Source of the DNA: a bacterium
Lineage (GTDB): Bacteria > SAR324 > XYD2-FULL-50-16 > G965216635
Direction: 5' to 3'
Assembly: GCA_965216635.1 (NCBI GenBank)
Contig: OZ244188.1
Span: 672,001-736,000 of the forward strand
Length of the DNA: 64,000 nucleotides
The position numbers were made by a program, and so were the translations under genes. The notes under the pieces were generated by a model. The model ran no database searches, was not told the origin of the DNA, and saw only the letters and a program-made list of their open reading frames with translations. Below, one piece after another: positions 8,319-17,577 of the stretch. Every line of letters begins with the position of its first letter. Position 1 is the stretch's first letter.

Positions 8319-10178
8319 ATGGAAATTTTTAGAAAAAAAGGATTTAAAATATTTTTTGCATTTTTTGCAGCTTTTTTCATGGGCGTTTTTGGCTTTGGGG
8401 TCATTAACTTCTTTGGTGGAGGAAGATATCTTGCAAAAGTGGGAAAAAAAGAAATTAAACCTCAAGATTATTTGAGAGCCTATGAAAATATATCTGCTCG
8501 TAACCGACAATCAGGACAAACTCTAACCCCACAGCAGCAGGACGCTCAAAAAGTGCAAGCATTTTACAGTTTAATCAATAGTAATATTATTGAAACAGTA
8601 GCAGAAGAAATAGGACTTGCAGTAACAGACGAAGAGTTGCGTCAAACGATAAAAGATTTAGGGCAATTCAATAAAGACAATGGAGAGATTGATTCTGAAA
8701 AATACCGAAATTTTTTGAGTGTACAAGGACTTTCTGTTAACGAATTTGAAGAAAACTTTAAAAAAAATATTTTGCGCCAAAAATGGGCAAGGTTAGTTTT
8801 ACCTGTAACCGCTGTCTCTGCTAAAACAGATAACTATTTTCAGTCTAGATTTAGTAGAATAGCCAATATTCGTTATTTTGAGGTTCCAACGCAGATTATC
8901 AAAACAAAAACTAATGTTTCCGAAGAGCAGCTAAAAACTTTTTATGGAGAAAAAAATGATTCTTTTAGAACACCAGGAAGTTATAAAATAGAACTACTAG
9001 AAATCAGTAAAGAAATTTTTAAGGGGCAAATCAGCACTCAAGAGATACAAGATTATTACAATAATAACAGAGGAGATTTTTCCCAAAAAGGAAGCTTTTT
9101 GACAAGTCATATTTTATTTTCTATAGATAGCGGTCTAGGACTAGAAGAATTAAAGCAAAAATCCGAAGAAGTTTATCAGCTAGCCTTAAAAAACAAACAT
9201 TCTTTTGCTAGTTTAGCAAAAAAATATTCCGACGACTCTGGTAGTAAGATAAAGGGAGGAGATTTAGGATGGACTCCCTACGGGAGTTTTGTAAAGGAAT
9301 TTGAAGATCAGGTTAAAACGATGAAAAAAGGAGCGATTGCAAAACCTTTTTTAAGCCAGTTTGGTTATCACATTGTTTATTTAAGAAATAAAAAAGAAGC
9401 TAAAGAACTTTCTTTCCAAGAGGTTCAAGGTGCTATCAAAGAAACTTTGCTAAAAAACAAACTCAACAATTTTTTAAACTTAATTTCCCAAAGGTCTCAA
9501 ACAGAACAAGGATTTCAAAAAATTTCTCAAGATTATAATTTGACTTTTATCCCAGATTTTTTAATCACAGAAAATTCAAAATATAAAAATATTTCCCTAA
9601 AAGCTATCCACAACTCTCTTAAAGGAAAATCTCTTAATATTTTAGATATTTATGATACAGGGAAAAAATATTTATTTTATAAACTTAACAGCTCTGTTAT
9701 AGGTGAAAAAATAGCCTTTGAAAAAATCAAAAAAAATGTTTTAGCAGCCTATAGAAAAGAAGAGTATAGTAAGCAGTTAAACGACAAGCAAAGAGAGTTT
9801 TTAGAAAAGTATAAAACCCAGAAAAATTTTGACGCTTTGAAAAAACAGTGGAGCATTAACAGGGTCATAAATAAAAATTTATCGTACAGTGATTTGGCGG
9901 AAGATAATGTTTTATTGCTTGATTTTAGAAACATTGTTTTTCAATTAAATGCGGGGCAAATGATAGTAAGAAGGCACTCAGATAAACTCTTTGTGATTTT
10001 ACTAGATAGTTTTACCGAAAACTCTGACGAGGGTTTGAACAACCGTTTTACAAAAGAATACCTTGAGAGAATAAAAACAAGTTTGCTAATAGATAAGTTG
10101 ATAAATTCTCGAGCACAACAGATAGGTGTTTCTTATAATGAAAAATTAATAAAACAATACAATATACCTTTTAAATAA
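8319..10178 (+). CDS. ppiD: PpiD-like periplasmic chaperone / parvulin PPIase
   Basis: N-terminal TM, SurA_N-like region, SHILF...SDDSGSKIKGGDLGW...SQFGYHI. Confidence 0.85.
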   Translation: MEIFRKKGFKIFFAFFAAFFMGVFGFGVINFFGGGRYLAKVGKKEIKPQDYLRAYENISARNRQSGQTLTPQQQDAQKVQAFYSLINSNIIETVAEEIGLAVTDEELRQTIKDLGQFNKDNGEIDSEKYRNFLSVQGLSVNEFEENFKKNILRQKWARLVLPVTAVSAKTDNYFQSRFSRIANIRYFEVPTQIIKTKTNVSEEQLKTFYGEKNDSFRTPGSYKIELLEISKEIFKGQISTQEIQDYYNNNRGDFSQKGSFLTSHILFSIDSGLGLEELKQKSEEVYQLALKNKHSFASLAKKYSDDSGSKIKGGDLGWTPYGSFVKEFEDQVKTMKKGAIAKPFLSQFGYHIVYLRNKKEAKELSFQEVQGAIKETLLKNKLNNFLNLISQRSQTEQGFQKISQDYNLTFIPDFLITENSKYKNISLKAIHNSLKGKSLNILDIYDTGKKYLFYKLNSSVIGEKIAFEKIKKNVLAAYRKEEYSKQLNDKQREFLEKYKTQKNFDALKKQWSINRVINKNLSYSDLAEDNVLLLDFRNIVFQLNAGQMIVRRHSDKLFVILLDSFTENSDEGLNNRFTKEYLERIKTSLLIDKLINSRAQQIGVSYNEKLIKQYNIPFK

Positions 10179-10471
10179 TGAATATTAACGAAACTATAGA
10201 AAAACTAGGCGAAGAAATCACTAAACTTAGTCAAAAGTTTGAAAAATTGAGGAGTGAAAACCGAGAACTAAAGGAAAAAAATGCCTCTTTAGAAAGAAGG
10301 CTAGAGCAATCTGTAACCGAAGATAACGGTTCTAATAATAAACTCAGCACCTATTTAGAGCAGGTTAAAAACCTTAATCAACCTGATACAGAAGCCGCTG
10401 CTAGAAATTCTACCTCTTTTATAGACGATACTTCAGATTATAAGCAGGGTAATGATTCAAGATTGATTTAA
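10178..10471 (+). CDS. Small coiled-coil protein, ZapB-like
   Basis: Heptad pattern IEKLGEEITKL...LRSENRELKEKN; stop/start overlap with ppiD. Confidence 0.6.
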   Translation: MNINETIEKLGEEITKLSQKFEKLRSENRELKEKNASLERRLEQSVTEDNGSNNKLSTYLEQVKNLNQPDTEAAARNSTSFIDDTSDYKQGNDSRLI

Positions 10472-10495
10472 CTGTTTATAAGGATTTTTCCCACT

Positions 10496-11581
10496 ATGAA
10501 ATTTTTTTTTATTGCTGTTTTTTTCTCCTTTTTTTTAGCTGCTTGTAATTACAATTTTTATCAAGCAAAAAAACTAGAAAAAGAAGAAAAATTTGAGGAA
10601 GCTAGTGTAGAGTATTCAAGGGCATATTTTAAATATCTTAGTTTAAATAAAGAAGTCTCTACCCGCTGCGATAACCGTTATGCTTGTTTAAATCTAAAAT
10701 ACAAAAAAGCCTACGAAGAAAATGCTTTAAAAACAGTAGTAGAATTACGAGAGAGGTATATTCAATTTATTCTCAAAAACAAACATCCTTCTGCTTACAA
10801 GGTTTTGAAGAAAGCTTTATTATTAGTTTCAGAAGATCATTTTTTTAAAACAGAGGAAATCTATTGGAAAAAAGTGCTTCTTGTTGGAAAAATTAATATT
10901 CCTGAAGGTAGAGAGCTTGATATTCCTATACTAGGAGATAAGATCTATCCAATTATCCGTTTTAATAGCTCTATTCCCAACCATTTTATAGAGGCAATTA
11001 TAACCCCCCGCGGTCAGTTTTCAGCCGACGATGTGATTTACAGACCCATCGCTAGTTCTTTTCTGAGATATACTATCCAATCCATTGGTTTCAAGTACTT
11101 ACCGCTAGGCGGCAAAAAAGGAAGAGTTCTATTTCAAGACAGTGAATTTATCAGCTATCCTTTGGTAGACTTTAGAACGCCTATCTTAACAGAGCACATA
11201 GGAGATTTTTCAAACATCCCGTCTGGCAAAACTAGAGAACAGATTGTTTTAAAAAATAGAGAAAATTTTAATAACACGACAGGCTACTGGTATCCTACTC
11301 GTGATTTTGAGTATTCCAGTAGTATTCAAGGGCAAGAAGTGCAAATAAAACTCGGAGCAAGCCGCAATGAATTTTTACCCCATTTGTTATATTTTAATGG
11401 CTCGCGTATTGTTTTAGATTTTGGTTTATTAGATTTACAAAGAGAAAAAAGCTCTTTTTTATGGGGAATTAAAAGGATTGCAGGAGAAGATAATCTAGAA
11501 AATCTAAAAAAAAATTATTACTACAGGAACTATCTAAAATCTAATTTTTTCCCCTTTTATATCACAGCGAGTAGTAGATAA
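10496..11581 (+). CDS. Hypothetical lipoprotein
   Basis: Lipobox LAAC after a hydrophobic leader; TPR-like N-terminus. Confidence 0.7.
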   Translation: MKFFFIAVFFSFFLAACNYNFYQAKKLEKEEKFEEASVEYSRAYFKYLSLNKEVSTRCDNRYACLNLKYKKAYEENALKTVVELRERYIQFILKNKHPSAYKVLKKALLLVSEDHFFKTEEIYWKKVLLVGKINIPEGRELDIPILGDKIYPIIRFNSSIPNHFIEAIITPRGQFSADDVIYRPIASSFLRYTIQSIGFKYLPLGGKKGRVLFQDSEFISYPLVDFRTPILTEHIGDFSNIPSGKTREQIVLKNRENFNNTTGYWYPTRDFEYSSSIQGQEVQIKLGASRNEFLPHLLYFNGSRIVLDFGLLDLQREKSSFLWGIKRIAGEDNLENLKKNYYYRNYLKSNFFPFYITASSR

Positions 11582-11584
11582 AAT

Positions 11585-11722
11585 AGATTTTTGAATTTGC
11601 GTTATGTGACGGCTAGGCAAGACGAAAAAAATTTTTAGCTCGCAGGAATACTCAAGTATTTCAAGAGTTAAAAATTTTTTTCAACGCTGCATAGGCTAAA
11701 CAGAACGCAAATTCAAAGGTCT
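11585..11722. mobile_element. MITE/RPE-like element, about 140-bp core form
   Basis: agatttttgaatttgcgtt...aacgcaaattcaaaggtct; flanks ataaaat/ataaaag. Confidence 0.9.
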
Positions 11723-11734
11723 ATAAAAGTAATT

Positions 11735-12481
11735 ATGGAGCTAAAAAAAATCATCGCTCTTTTAGACTATACCTCACTTAAAGAAACAGACAACGAGAAA
11801 ACAATAGAGTCTTTCTGCCAAAAAGCGAATACTCCACTAGGCTCTGTAGCTGCGGTCTGTCTTTATTTAAAATTCGTCAAATTCGCAAAGAACCTACTAC
11901 AAGATTCAAAAATTCTAGTAGCCACAGTGGTCAATTTTCCTAAAGGAGAACAAAATATAGCAACAGTTAAAGAGCAAATAAAAACAGCACTAAACGAAGG
12001 AGCAGATGAAATAGACCTAGTAATACCTTATAGAGAATACATTCAATCGGGAAAATCTCCACAGGCTATTTTGCTTGTTCAAGAAGCAAAAAATATTTGT
12101 AAAAATAACTGCTTAAAAGTTATTTTAGAAACAGGAGAACTCAAAAAAAAAGATTTAATTTTAGCTGCCAGTAAAGATGCTATTTTTGCAGGAGCAGATT
12201 TTATTAAAACATCTACCGGAAAAACAAATATCGGAGCTACAAAAGAAGCAGTAGAAATTATGTTACAGGCTATCCAAACATCAAAAAACAAGGTAGGTTT
12301 AAAAATATCAGGAGGCATTCGGGAGCAATTTCAAGTAAATGAATATCTAGCATTAGCAGAAAAAATTTGCGGGAAAGATTTTATCCATCCGAATAGTTTT
12401 AGAATTGGCGCCAGTTCTCTATTAGATAGACTTTTGAATTTGCGTTATGTGACGGCTAGGCAAGGCAAAAAAAATTTTTAG
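11735..12481 (+). CDS. deoC: Deoxyribose-phosphate aldolase, C-terminus replaced by MITE sequence
   Basis: LDYTSL, ATVVNFP, GADEIDLV, LKVILETGEL, GADFIKTSTGK, FRIGASSLL. Confidence 0.95.
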   Translation: MELKKIIALLDYTSLKETDNEKTIESFCQKANTPLGSVAAVCLYLKFVKFAKNLLQDSKILVATVVNFPKGEQNIATVKEQIKTALNEGADEIDLVIPYREYIQSGKSPQAILLVQEAKNICKNNCLKVILETGELKKKDLILAASKDAIFAGADFIKTSTGKTNIGATKEAVEIMLQAIQTSKNKVGLKISGGIREQFQVNEYLALAEKICGKDFIHPNSFRIGASSLLDRLLNLRYVTARQGKKNF

Positions 12482-12670
12482 CTCGCAGGAATACTCGAGT
12501 ATTTCAAGAGTTAAAATTTTTTTTTAATGGCGTAGTGCTAAACACTACAAAACTTAACGTTCAGCAAGAGTGAAATGTGAAACAGCCCTTTGGCTGTTTC
12601 ACAAATAGCCTATAAAAAGCGTCAAGCAATAAGCTTGTTTTGGCTAAACAGAATGCAAATTCAAAGGTCT
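12428..12670. mobile_element. MITE/RPE-like element (expanded form) inserted in the deoC 3' end
   Basis: agacttttgaatttgc...gcaaattcaaaggtct; flanks attagat/attggat; internal gtgaaacagcc-ctt-tggctgtttcac hairpin. Confidence 0.9.
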
Positions 12671-12718
12671 ATTGGATTCTCTGCTCAATTCTTCTCATAA
12701 TCCTCAAAACTAAGAAAA

Positions 12719-13558
12719 ATGAAAAAAACAATTTCTGAAAACGAAAAACTCTATCATATAGGGCTTTGTAAAAAACAACTTAACTCTGCCAAAATAGCCA
12801 TTTTACCGGGTGATCCTGCTAGAGTAGAACTTCTTGCAAAATTGCTAGATAAACAAGCACTACCTCTCGCTTTCAATAGAGAATACTGCTCTTATCTAGC
12901 AGGAATGCCCAATATAACCAAAACAAGCAAAACAAATACAAGCAAAACAAATACAAGCAAAACAAATATAGACGAAAAAGTGCTTGTTATTTCTACAGGT
13001 ATGGGAAGTCCTTCGGTTTCTATTGGATTAGAAGAATTAGCTATGCTGGGGGTAAAAAAATTTATTCGCGTCGGTACAACGGGAGCCATCCAAGAAAAAA
13101 TACAATTAGGAGATTTGATTCTCAATACAGCTGCAGTGCGTTTAGAAGGGACCTCTTCGCATTACGCTCCCATAGAGTATCCAGCCGTAGCGGATTTTGA
13201 ACTCACCCAAGCATTAAGACAAGCATCTCAAAAATTAAAAATTCCGCTACAGCTAGGCATCGGGATTTCTTCGGATACATTTTGGGCTGGACAAGAAAGA
13301 TATGATAGCTATTCTGGTTTTGTTTTACAAAAATTTAAAGGCTCTTTACAAGAATGGCGAAAATTAGGATTACTCAATTTTGAAATGGAAACATCCGCTC
13401 TTTTTACTATATGCTCTACTTTGGGGTTGCAAGCAGCGTCAATTTGTTGCGTTATTGCTAAACGCACAAAATCAGAAAAAGTAGATAAAAGCAAATATCA
13501 AAGAGGTATGGAATTGATTATGCAAATCGTTAAACAAACAATCAAGGATTTTCACTAG
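12719..13558 (+). CDS. udp: Uridine phosphorylase
   Basis: LPGDPARV, NREY, STGMGSPS, RVGTTGAIQ, GQERYDSYSG, NFEME. Confidence 0.93.
   Translation: MKKTISENEKLYHIGLCKKQLNSAKIAILPGDPARVELLAKLLDKQALPLAFNREYCSYLAGMPNITKTSKTNTSKTNTSKTNIDEKVLVISTGMGSPSVSIGLEELAMLGVKKFIRVGTTGAIQEKIQLGDLILNTAAVRLEGTSSHYAPIEYPAVADFELTQALRQASQKLKIPLQLGIGISSDTFWAGQERYDSYSGFVLQKFKGSLQEWRKLGLLNFEMETSALFTICSTLGLQAASICCVIAKRTKSEKVDKSKYQRGMELIMQIVKQTIKDFH
12923..12967 (+). repeat. 3 x 15-bp in-frame tandem repeat (TSKTN)
   Basis: acaagcaaaacaaat x3, perfect copies. Confidence 0.95.
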
Positions 13559-13592
13559 GCTGGACTTTTGAATTACTATTTTTAGCTTAAAT

Positions 13593-13621
13593 TTGACAAA
13601 ATAGATTTTTATACTTACAAT
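13593..13621 (+). promoter_or_regulatory. Sigma70-type promoter
   Basis: TTGACA-17 bp-TACAAT, ending 27 bp before the ATG at 13649. Confidence 0.65.
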
Positions 13622-13648
13622 TTAATTTAAAAAACACAAAAACTAAAA

Positions 13649-14458
13649 ATGAAAAAAATAATCTATCTAAGCGTATTGTTTTTAAACATACTGCTTTTCA
13701 GCAACCCGTCTCTTGTAGCACAGGATTTTAGCTATTGGAAAAAAAATAATCTTCAAAATACGGACAAGTTACAACACCAAGTATGGGATAGTTTTTTAAA
13801 AAAATACATTAAAGCAGACTCTTCTAATCTCAATCTATTCCGATACAACGCGGTGAAAAAAGAAGATAAAAACAAATTAGACAGCTATATTTCTTATTTG
13901 AGCGGTATCACAATTACAAATCACAATAAAAAAGAGCAACTAGCTTACTGGATCAATCTTTACAACGCCTTAACAATCAAGGTAGTTTTGGAGCATTACC
14001 CCGTTCAAAGCATTAAAGATATTAAACTTTCAGGAATTTTAAAACCAGGTCCTTGGAAAAAAGAACTTATCAGTATAGAAGGCAGAAAGCTTTCACTAGA
14101 TAATATAGAACACAATATTCTTCGTCCCATTTGGAAAGACAATCGGGTGCATTACGCTGTCAACTGTGCCAGTATTGGTTGTCCTAACTTACAAAATTCA
14201 GCCTTTACTGCCAAAAATAGTGAAAATCTACTCAAGAAAGGAGCAAAGAGTTATATCAATCACCCTAGAGGAGTGCATTTCAATGGAAAAATTCTAAAAG
14301 TCTCTAGCATCTATAAGTGGTTCAAAGAAGATTTTGGAAATAATAAAAATTCTCTGCTCAGGCATCTGATTCTTTATGCCAATCCTCCCCTTAAAGCAAA
14401 ATTACAAAATTTCAGCGGTAAAATTAAATATAGCTATGATTGGTCTTTGAACGAATAA
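13649..14458 (+). CDS. DUF547-domain exported protein
   Basis: Signal peptide; LAYWINLYNA, LSLDNIEH, RVHYAVNCASIGCP, YDWSLN. Confidence 0.9.
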   Translation: MKKIIYLSVLFLNILLFSNPSLVAQDFSYWKKNNLQNTDKLQHQVWDSFLKKYIKADSSNLNLFRYNAVKKEDKNKLDSYISYLSGITITNHNKKEQLAYWINLYNALTIKVVLEHYPVQSIKDIKLSGILKPGPWKKELISIEGRKLSLDNIEHNILRPIWKDNRVHYAVNCASIGCPNLQNSAFTAKNSENLLKKGAKSYINHPRGVHFNGKILKVSSIYKWFKEDFGNNKNSLLRHLILYANPPLKAKLQNFSGKIKYSYDWSLNE

Positions 14459-14470
14459 TTAAAGTTACGA

Positions 14471-14617
14471 TTGAGCTTTGAATTTCGCCAAACACTACAA
14501 AACTGAGCAAGACCACAAATAGACTGCAAAAGAGCCAGCGGCTCTTTTGCTAAAGCCTGTATGAAGTGAACGCAGTAAGCCTGTTTTGCTGAACTAGAAT
14601 GTCTAATTCAACAGTCT
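14471..14617. mobile_element. MITE-family element (variant)
   Basis: ctttgaattt left end; aaaagagccagcggctctttt hairpin; right end ctagaatgtctaattcaacagtct next to the EamA stop. Confidence 0.75.
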
Positions 14618-14618
14618 C

Positions 14619-15464
14619 CTATAGTTTTAAGAGGATAATACCTACTAATATCACACAAGCAAGATAAAACCGCATCATTCCCAAAGTTTCTTTGTGTAGC
14701 CAAACAGAAAAAAGCACTCCAAAAAGAATACTCGTCTCTCTAAGAGAGGCTATCAAAACGGGCTTTTCTACAACACTGAAGGCAAAAACAACGATTCCAT
14801 AGGCTGACATATAGAGGAAAGCTCCCAAAAATCCTTGATACCATTTTTGCTGTATGGTAGTAAAAATTTTTTTTTTGCGAATACTATAGCAAAAAAGAAA
14901 AAAAATTCCATTATCCAGTAAATAAACCCAAATAATATAGCTTACGAAATAGGAGCTTTTTATAACCGCAGTAGAATCTATTATAGAATAAATTGAGATA
15001 CAAAATCCTACTAAAAAAGCGAACAGCAGAGGGATCAGCGAATCTTTTTTTAAAAAATTTCCTATTTTCCCGCTCATAAAAATAATGGGCAGGCTAATGA
15101 AAAGAATGGCTAAAAAATCCTTATTGTCTATCTCTATAGAAAAAATGAGCAAAGATAAGAGTAAAAAAAATAGTGGAGCTATACCTCTCGCTACGGGATA
15201 AACCAATCCAAAATCTCCTAGCTGATAAGCTTTGACTAAACAGCATTTATAGACGAAGTGCACTGATACAGAGGCTAAAATAAAGAGCCACAAAGATTTT
15301 TCAGGCAAAGGAAAAAAACCAACAAGACTCAAGGAAATAAGAAAGCAAAAGAAACAAAGTAACCCCATAGAAGATAGGGTGTCTTTTGGGAATTTGACAA
15401 TACTATTCCAACTTGCGTGAAAGAAAGCAGAGAGTAAAATAACAAAAATTAACCAAACGGGCAT
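14619..15464 (-). CDS. EamA/DMT-family transporter
   Basis: About 10 TM segments; SAFFHASWN, GDFGLVYPVARG, ASLRETSILF. Start placed at MPVWL because the upstream codons lie in a MITE. Confidence 0.88.
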   Translation of the reverse strand: MPVWLIFVILLSAFFHASWNSIVKFPKDTLSSMGLLCFFCFLISLSLVGFFPLPEKSLWLFILASVSVHFVYKCCLVKAYQLGDFGLVYPVARGIAPLFFLLLSLLIFSIEIDNKDFLAILFISLPIIFMSGKIGNFLKKDSLIPLLFAFLVGFCISIYSIIDSTAVIKSSYFVSYIIWVYLLDNGIFFLFCYSIRKKKIFTTIQQKWYQGFLGAFLYMSAYGIVVFAFSVVEKPVLIASLRETSILFGVLFSVWLHKETLGMMRFYLACVILVGIILLKL

Positions 15465-15470
15465 AAGTTT

Positions 15471-15727
15471 AGATACCTTTGAATTAGCCAAATAGACAAA
15501 ACCAGCTGTGACGGCCAGCCAAATGGTTAGAAAAATGCAAAAAAAAAATTATCTAGAATAGACCTTTGAATTTGCCAAATAGACAAAACCAGCTGTGACG
15601 GCTAGGCTAGGCAAATTTTTTTTTTAGCTCGCTGGAATACTGAAGAGCATTTCTTCACAAATGGCAAGAATTAAAAAAAAATTTTAACGCTGCATAGGCT
15701 AAACAGAACGCTAATACAAAGGCATCT
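15471..15727. mobile_element. MITE-family element with duplicated left arm
   Basis: agatacctttgaattagc...gctaatacaaaggcatct; second left end agacctttgaatttgcc at 15560. Confidence 0.85.
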
Positions 15728-15728
15728 T

Positions 15729-16397
15729 TTATTCTAAAACAAGTTCATAAGCAACCCAACAAAGCAATAAATAAATCAAATCAAAAGCTACTAAAATCAT
15801 CAAGCCTACTATAAATTCATTCCCATCCAAAGAAAATAGTAGCACTTCAGATAAACGGATGCTCGCTAAAAGTAAAGGAATGCAAAGAGGGAAAAGTAGC
15901 AATGGAACCAAAACTTCTCTAAAACGAACATCAATAGTTAAGACGGAAATAAGAGTCCCTAAAGCGCAGAATCCTAAACTAGAAAAAACCAACAATCCTA
16001 AAAAAACGGGTAACTGCATAAAAAATTTTATCTCAAAAAAAACTACAAAAATAGGGATTAGTAAAAATTGTAGTAAAATACAAAGTCCCCAGTTACTCGT
16101 CAGTTTACTAATCATCAAAACAAATCGGGAAACAGGAGAAGTTAAAATTCTTTCTAAACTTTTGTTTTGTTTATCTAAGGTCAAACTTCTTTGTAAAAAC
16201 AAACTTGTTTGATAAAAAAACACAATCCAATAGATACCTACTGCTAAAGATTCTTGCTTCTCTACTTGTGCGTTTTCTAATACAAAATGAAAAAGCAGCA
16301 GCAAAACAATAGAAAAAAAAAAAGTAGTCAGTAAGGCACTTGCATCTCTATAATGGAGTAAAAAATCTTTTCGTAGTAGTGCTAAAAATTTACTCAT
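15729..16397 (-). CDS. ccmB: Heme exporter permease CcmB
   Basis: Six TM segments; ALLRKD, GIYWI, LGTLIS, REVLVPLLLFPLCIPLLL. Confidence 0.85.
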   Translation of the reverse strand: MSKFLALLRKDFLLHYRDASALLTTFFFSIVLLLLFHFVLENAQVEKQESLAVGIYWIVFFYQTSLFLQRSLTLDKQNKSLERILTSPVSRFVLMISKLTSNWGLCILLQFLLIPIFVVFFEIKFFMQLPVFLGLLVFSSLGFCALGTLISVLTIDVRFREVLVPLLLFPLCIPLLLASIRLSEVLLFSLDGNEFIVGLMILVAFDLIYLLLCWVAYELVLE

Positions 16398-17460
16398 TTC
16401 CTAGATATTTAGCAGGTGTTTTCTTTAATATCAGCTCAACTGCTTCCCATACTTCTTGTGGAGTAAGAAGTCGCATACATTGCTTTTCCGTTTTATTAGT
16501 GCATTTTTTTTTACCGTGAGCAGAACAAGGGCGACAACTCAAATTTTTTTCTAATAAAATGCTATTTTTTAAAAAAGGAGCAAATCCAAACTCCTTAACT
16601 GTGGGTCCAAAAAGAGCGACAACTGGGATAGCTAGTGCTTCTGCCAGATGTAGCGGAGCAGAATCTCCAGTAATCAATAAACGAGCCTCCGCGAGCAAAC
16701 CTGCAGTTTCTGCTAAATCTAATTTTCCAGTCAAATTTAGACTAGCATTTTTAGCAGCTCTTGCATAGCCCGGTAAAATTTTTTTGTCTTCTTCTGTACC
16801 TATTAAAACGACTTGATATTTTTCTTCTTTCATCTTCTTTATTAAGGCGTTCCAATAAGGAGCTAGCCAGCATTTGTTGAAATGCTTGGCACCCATAGCT
16901 ACAACAATTAAATTGTGAGAATTTAGTAGATAGCTCACAAAAAGCAACCTTGTTTTTTCTTTTATATTTGCGTGTAAAAAAAATTCTGTATTTTCCTTTC
17001 TTTTTTTTGCAGTTCTTTTTTTTTTGACAAGATCAAGTTCAGGAGAATCTAGCCAAGTCAGGTAGGCTTGTCTTTGGCTTATGATTTTTTCTTCTGGTTT
17101 TTTTTTTAAAAAAATTTGCATATATCTCTCTTTGTTTCTTTTGGGGACAGAAAAGAATTGCCCTCCTTTATAAGCAAAGCAAATCAAAAGACTTCGCAAA
17201 GAAGCATGGGCATCAAAAATGATGTTAAATTTTTGCTCCTTGATTAATCTTCTGGCAGCAAAAATTTCTGCAATACCTCCTTTCCTATCTAGCAGATAGG
17301 TCTTGTCAATATAGGGATTTTGGGAATGCGTTGATCCGAATTCTGTGGAGGTCATAAAAGTGATTTCTGCATTTCGGAATGCTTTTTTGGTTTCGCGAAA
17401 TACTGGACTCAAAAGGATAATATCTCCAAGTGATGAAAAACGAATGATTAAAATTTTCAT
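16390..17460 (-). CDS. GT9 ADP-heptose:LPS heptosyltransferase (WaaF-like)
   Basis: MKILIIRFSSLGD, GDSAPLHLA, ALFGPT, CRPC...C...CM. Confidence 0.92.
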   Translation of the reverse strand: MKILIIRFSSLGDIILLSPVFRETKKAFRNAEITFMTSTEFGSTHSQNPYIDKTYLLDRKGGIAEIFAARRLIKEQKFNIIFDAHASLRSLLICFAYKGGQFFSVPKRNKERYMQIFLKKKPEEKIISQRQAYLTWLDSPELDLVKKKRTAKKRKENTEFFLHANIKEKTRLLFVSYLLNSHNLIVVAMGAKHFNKCWLAPYWNALIKKMKEEKYQVVLIGTEEDKKILPGYARAAKNASLNLTGKLDLAETAGLLAEARLLITGDSAPLHLAEALAIPVVALFGPTVKEFGFAPFLKNSILLEKNLSCRPCSAHGKKKCTNKTEKQCMRLLTPQEVWEAVELILKKTPAKYLGNE

Positions 17461-17540
17461 TAGTTTTTGATTATTCTTTTTTGTTGTTTTTTTGATTGAA
17501 AATTTCATTGAAAATTTTATTGAGAGAGCTGATTTTTAAT

Positions 17541-17577
17541 GAGACTGTTGAAATAGAATGTCTAATTCAAAAGTCTC
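17541..17577. repeat. Minimal MITE remnant (fused TIRs) containing the oppF-like stop
   Basis: gagactgttgaa-atagaatgtctaa-ttcaaaagtctc. Confidence 0.75.
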
